A DNA stretch of 64,000 nucleotides from Clostridia bacterium (GTDB taxonomy: Bacteria > Bacillota > Clostridia > UBA1212): positions 15,549 to 79,548 of the forward strand of contig JAFTXP010000003.1 in NCBI GenBank assembly GCA_017461545.1. The letters are read 5' to 3'. Below, piece by piece: positions 61,320 through 64,000 of the stretch. How positions within the stretch are numbered: position 1 is the first letter of the stretch; every line of letters begins with the position of its first letter. The notes beneath the pieces are model-generated. The model saw only the letters and a program-made list of their open reading frames with translations. It was not told where the DNA came from and made no database searches. The translations under genes were made by a program, and so were the position numbers.

Positions 61320-62027
61320 ATGCCTGAACACTATATTGAATTTGATAAAGTTACAAAAAGTTACGGTTCGGGAAATACAAAAATTGATGCACTTTCCGAA
61401 GTAAGCTTTCATGTGGACAAAGGCGATTTTTGTGTATTGCTCGGTTCGTCCGGCGCAGGAAAAACAACGCTGCTCAATATGCTGGGCGGTATGGATACCA
61501 TTACAAGCGGTCAGATCCGTTTTGACAGCAGAGATATATCGGCGCTCAGAAAAAAAGAATTGATTGAATATCGCCGCCATGACGTCGGATTTGTTTTTCA
61601 GTTTTATAATCTGATACCAAACCTTACTGCGCTTGAAAATATTGAAATCGCGGCGCAGCTTTGTAAGGATCCTATTCCTGCGGCAGACGCGCTTGCTATG
61701 GTAGGTCTTTCCGACCGTGCAAATAATTTTCCGGCGCAACTTTCAGGGGGTGAGCAGCAGCGTATTTCAATTGCTCGCGCTTTAGCGAAAAATCCGCGGT
61801 TGCTTCTTTGTGATGAACCTACGGGAGCGCTTGATTATGTGACAGGCAAAGCTGTTCTTAAGCTTTTGTATGATTTGAGTAAAAAACATAATACGACTGT
61901 TATAATAATCACTCATAATCAGGCTATCGCACCGATGGCTGACCGTATTATTCGCATAAAGAGCGGCAAAATACTCTCAAACAAGGTCAATTCGCATATT
62001 GTACCGATTGACAAGATTGAGTGGTGA
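61320..62027 (+). CDS. ABC transporter ATP-binding protein (LolD/MacB type)
   Basis: [37 protein letters not shown]; GGAGG RBS before ATG 61320. Confidence 0.93.
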   Translation: MPEHYIEFDKVTKSYGSGNTKIDALSEVSFHVDKGDFCVLLGSSGAGKTTLLNMLGGMDTITSGQIRFDSRDISALRKKELIEYRRHDVGFVFQFYNLIPNLTALENIEIAAQLCKDPIPAADALAMVGLSDRANNFPAQLSGGEQQRISIARALAKNPRLLLCDEPTGALDYVTGKAVLKLLYDLSKKHNTTVIIITHNQAIAPMADRIIRIKSGKILSNKVNSHIVPIDKIEW

Positions 62028-62032
62028 TCGCT

Positions 62033-64000
62033 ATGTCTTCGGTATTTAAGATGACTTGGCGAACGATCCGGACTTTTTTCGGGCGGTTTATGGCATTACT
62101 TTTAATTGTCGCGCTCAGCGCCGGCTTTTTTGCCGGGTTGAAAGTCACAACTGATGCCATGCTCAAAACCGGCGAAAAATATCTTGATGATCAGAATTTC
62201 TATGATTTCCGCCTTTTCTCAACTCTCGGTTTTTCTGAAAATGATGTGGAGCGTTTTGCCGGATTAGACGATGTAGAGGCTGCTGAAGGCTCAAACAGTG
62301 CGGATGTTTTAATATGGTATGATGATGCGGTACATCCGTTTAAGTTATATTCGCTTACAGAGAAAATCAATCTTCCTTCTGTCACTGCCGGCAGACTTCC
62401 TATTGCTGAAAATGAATGCCTTGCCGACACGGATATGTTTACTGAGAAAGATATCGGAACAAAGATATGGTTGTCTGACGAAAATGACAGTTCTGCTGCT
62501 GAGAAGTTAAAAATAACTGAATTTACTATTGTGGGACTTACAAACTCTCCGATGCATCTCGGCATAGACCGCGGTACAACAAATATAGGAAACGGTGCTG
62601 TTTATACGTTTTTGTATATACCGCAGTCAGCTTTTACGGGAGATGTTTTTACTGAAATAAATATCACTCTGAACGAATCTGCCGATATTTACAGTGATGA
62701 ATATGACAATCTGATTGAAAAATATAAAGGTGATGTTACTGCATTATGTGAAAGTCTTGCTGATGACCGTTATCAAAGTATTCTTGCAGAGAGCGGTATT
62801 CCCGCAGAGCTTGCAGAACAGGCCGGCATTGAAAAACCTGCGACTTATGTATTGACTCGAAATGAAAATACAGGATATGCCAGCTTTGAAAATGACACAG
62901 GAATCATCGGCGGTGTTGCAAATATATTCCCGATTTTCTTTATTGCCATAGCAATACTTGTATGTGTTACCACTATGACAAGAATGGTCGATGAGGAGCG
63001 TACACAGATCGGTGTACTCAAAGCAATGGGATTCAGCAACGGCGCCATTATGGGGAAATACATTCTCTACGCCGGAAGTGCGACAATAATCGGCTGGGGT
63101 ATCGGTTTCTTTTTGTGTACTTGGGCATTACCTAAGATATTTTGGATTGCCTATAATGAAATTTACAATTTCGCGCCTATTTCATATTTGTTCAGCCCTG
63201 CACTGGCAATAATAACTCTGGCAATTTCGCTGGTCAGTATTCTAGGAAGTACTTTTATATCATGCCGGAAGGAACTTGTGAGTGAGCCTGCGGCACTTAT
63301 CCGTCCGCGTACCGGTAGAGCCGGAAAAAGAGTTATATTTGAATATATCAAACCACTGTGGAAGAGATTGAACTTTTTACAGAAGATTACCGTACGCAAC
63401 ATGCTTCGGTATAAACAACGTCTCGTTATGATGTTGGTCGGTATAGGTTGTTGTGCCGGTCTCGTTGTAACAGCATTCGGTGTGCGTGACTCGATGATAG
63501 ATGTGGGTGAACTTCAGTACAACACTATGCAGAAGTATGATATTGAAGCAAGCTTTGACAGCGAAAACAAGGACTCTGTTGTTGCGAAACTGAATGACAT
63601 TGAAGGAGTATCACAGTGCATAACGGTTGTTTCGGGATATGCGGATGTCATTGCGGATGAATCAATGAATTCGGTTAATCTATTGTGTTTCCGTGAGTTT
63701 GACGATTTGTCGGGATTCTGGGATTTTCACAATGCGGATAAAAAAATTTCAGCTCCGAAATCAGGAGAAATAATTATAAGTCCTAAAATTGCAGAAAAAC
63801 TTTCGGTGTCATCGGGGGATACGGTGCAGATAAGAAATTCCGATATGAAATCCGGAACAGTTAAAGTGAGTGCGGTTTTTGATAATCACATACATGATTA
63901 TATTGTTATGTCCTGTGATACATATATAAATCTTTTTGGTGAATGTTATGAGAATACGGCATTGATTGTTGCAGGAAAAGACTGCGATGACCTTGCAAAG
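62033..64000 (+). CDS. ABC transporter permease, FtsX-like (3'-truncated by window edge)
   Basis: ATG 62033 reads MSSVFKMTWRTIRTFFGRFMALLLIVALSAGFFAGL; later FPIFF...TTMTRMVDEERTQIGVLKAMG; appears open to the window end. Confidence 0.88.
   Translation, partial: MSSVFKMTWRTIRTFFGRFMALLLIVALSAGFFAGLKVTTDAMLKTGEKYLDDQNFYDFRLFSTLGFSENDVERFAGLDDVEAAEGSNSADVLIWYDDAVHPFKLYSLTEKINLPSVTAGRLPIAENECLADTDMFTEKDIGTKIWLSDENDSSAAEKLKITEFTIVGLTNSPMHLGIDRGTTNIGNGAVYTFLYIPQSAFTGDVFTEINITLNESADIYSDEYDNLIEKYKGDVTALCESLADDRYQSILAESGIPAELAEQAGIEKPATYVLTRNENTGYASFENDTGIIGGVANIFPIFFIAIAILVCVTTMTRMVDEERTQIGVLKAMGFSNGAIMGKYILYAGSATIIGWGIGFFLCTWALPKIFWIAYNEIYNFAPISYLFSPALAIITLAISLVSILGSTFISCRKELVSEPAALIRPRTGRAGKRVIFEYIKPLWKRLNFLQKITVRNMLRYKQRLVMMLVGIGCCAGLVVTAFGVRDSMIDVGELQYNTMQKYDIEASFDSENKDSVVAKLNDIEGVSQCITVVSGYADVIADESMNSVNLLCFREFDDLSGFWDFHNADKKISAPKSGEIIISPKIAEKLSVSSGDTVQIRNSDMKSGTVKVSAVFDNHIHDYIVMSCDTYINLFGECYENTALIVAGKDCDDLAK

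Overview
This is a low-GC Firmicutes (Clostridia-like) chromosomal window in four parts. (1) About 1-37.6 kb is a very large mosaic surface-glycan locus. It has an EpsG/Wzy-like polymerase fragment, many glycosyltransferases (GT2, GT4, GT10, GT32, a sialyltransferase-like protein) and an unusual nonulosonic-acid module (NeuA-HAD and NeuB-cupin fusions, no NeuC). It also has one Wzm with two Wzt ATPases, a pyruvyltransferase plus FrhB-like Fe-S pair, AsnB and an AsnB-like protein, wbpB/D/E-like genes, rfbFGH and rfbA. (2) About 37.8-40.6 kb holds an acyltransferase remnant, degV, a MarR regulator and a GINT1-like beta-propeller. (3) About 40.77-50.6 kb is a Tn4451-like mobilizable element (TnpV, TnpW, TnpX-like serine recombinase, MobC and relaxase). 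It carries a TetR gene, a sortase-anchored surface protein and a promoter-driven, highly structured candidate ncRNA of about 250 nt, and CCCA(A/T)(A/T)GGG+hairpin sites mark both ends and one internal junction. (4) About 50.6-64 kb is core-like: an E2-like acyltransferase, two lipoproteins, YlmH, YyaL, a two-chain fused 2-oxoacid:ferredoxin oxidoreductase, a HAD hydrolase and a partial ABC transporter. No rRNA, tRNA or CRISPR array was seen. All family assignments come from motif recognition, not database searches.
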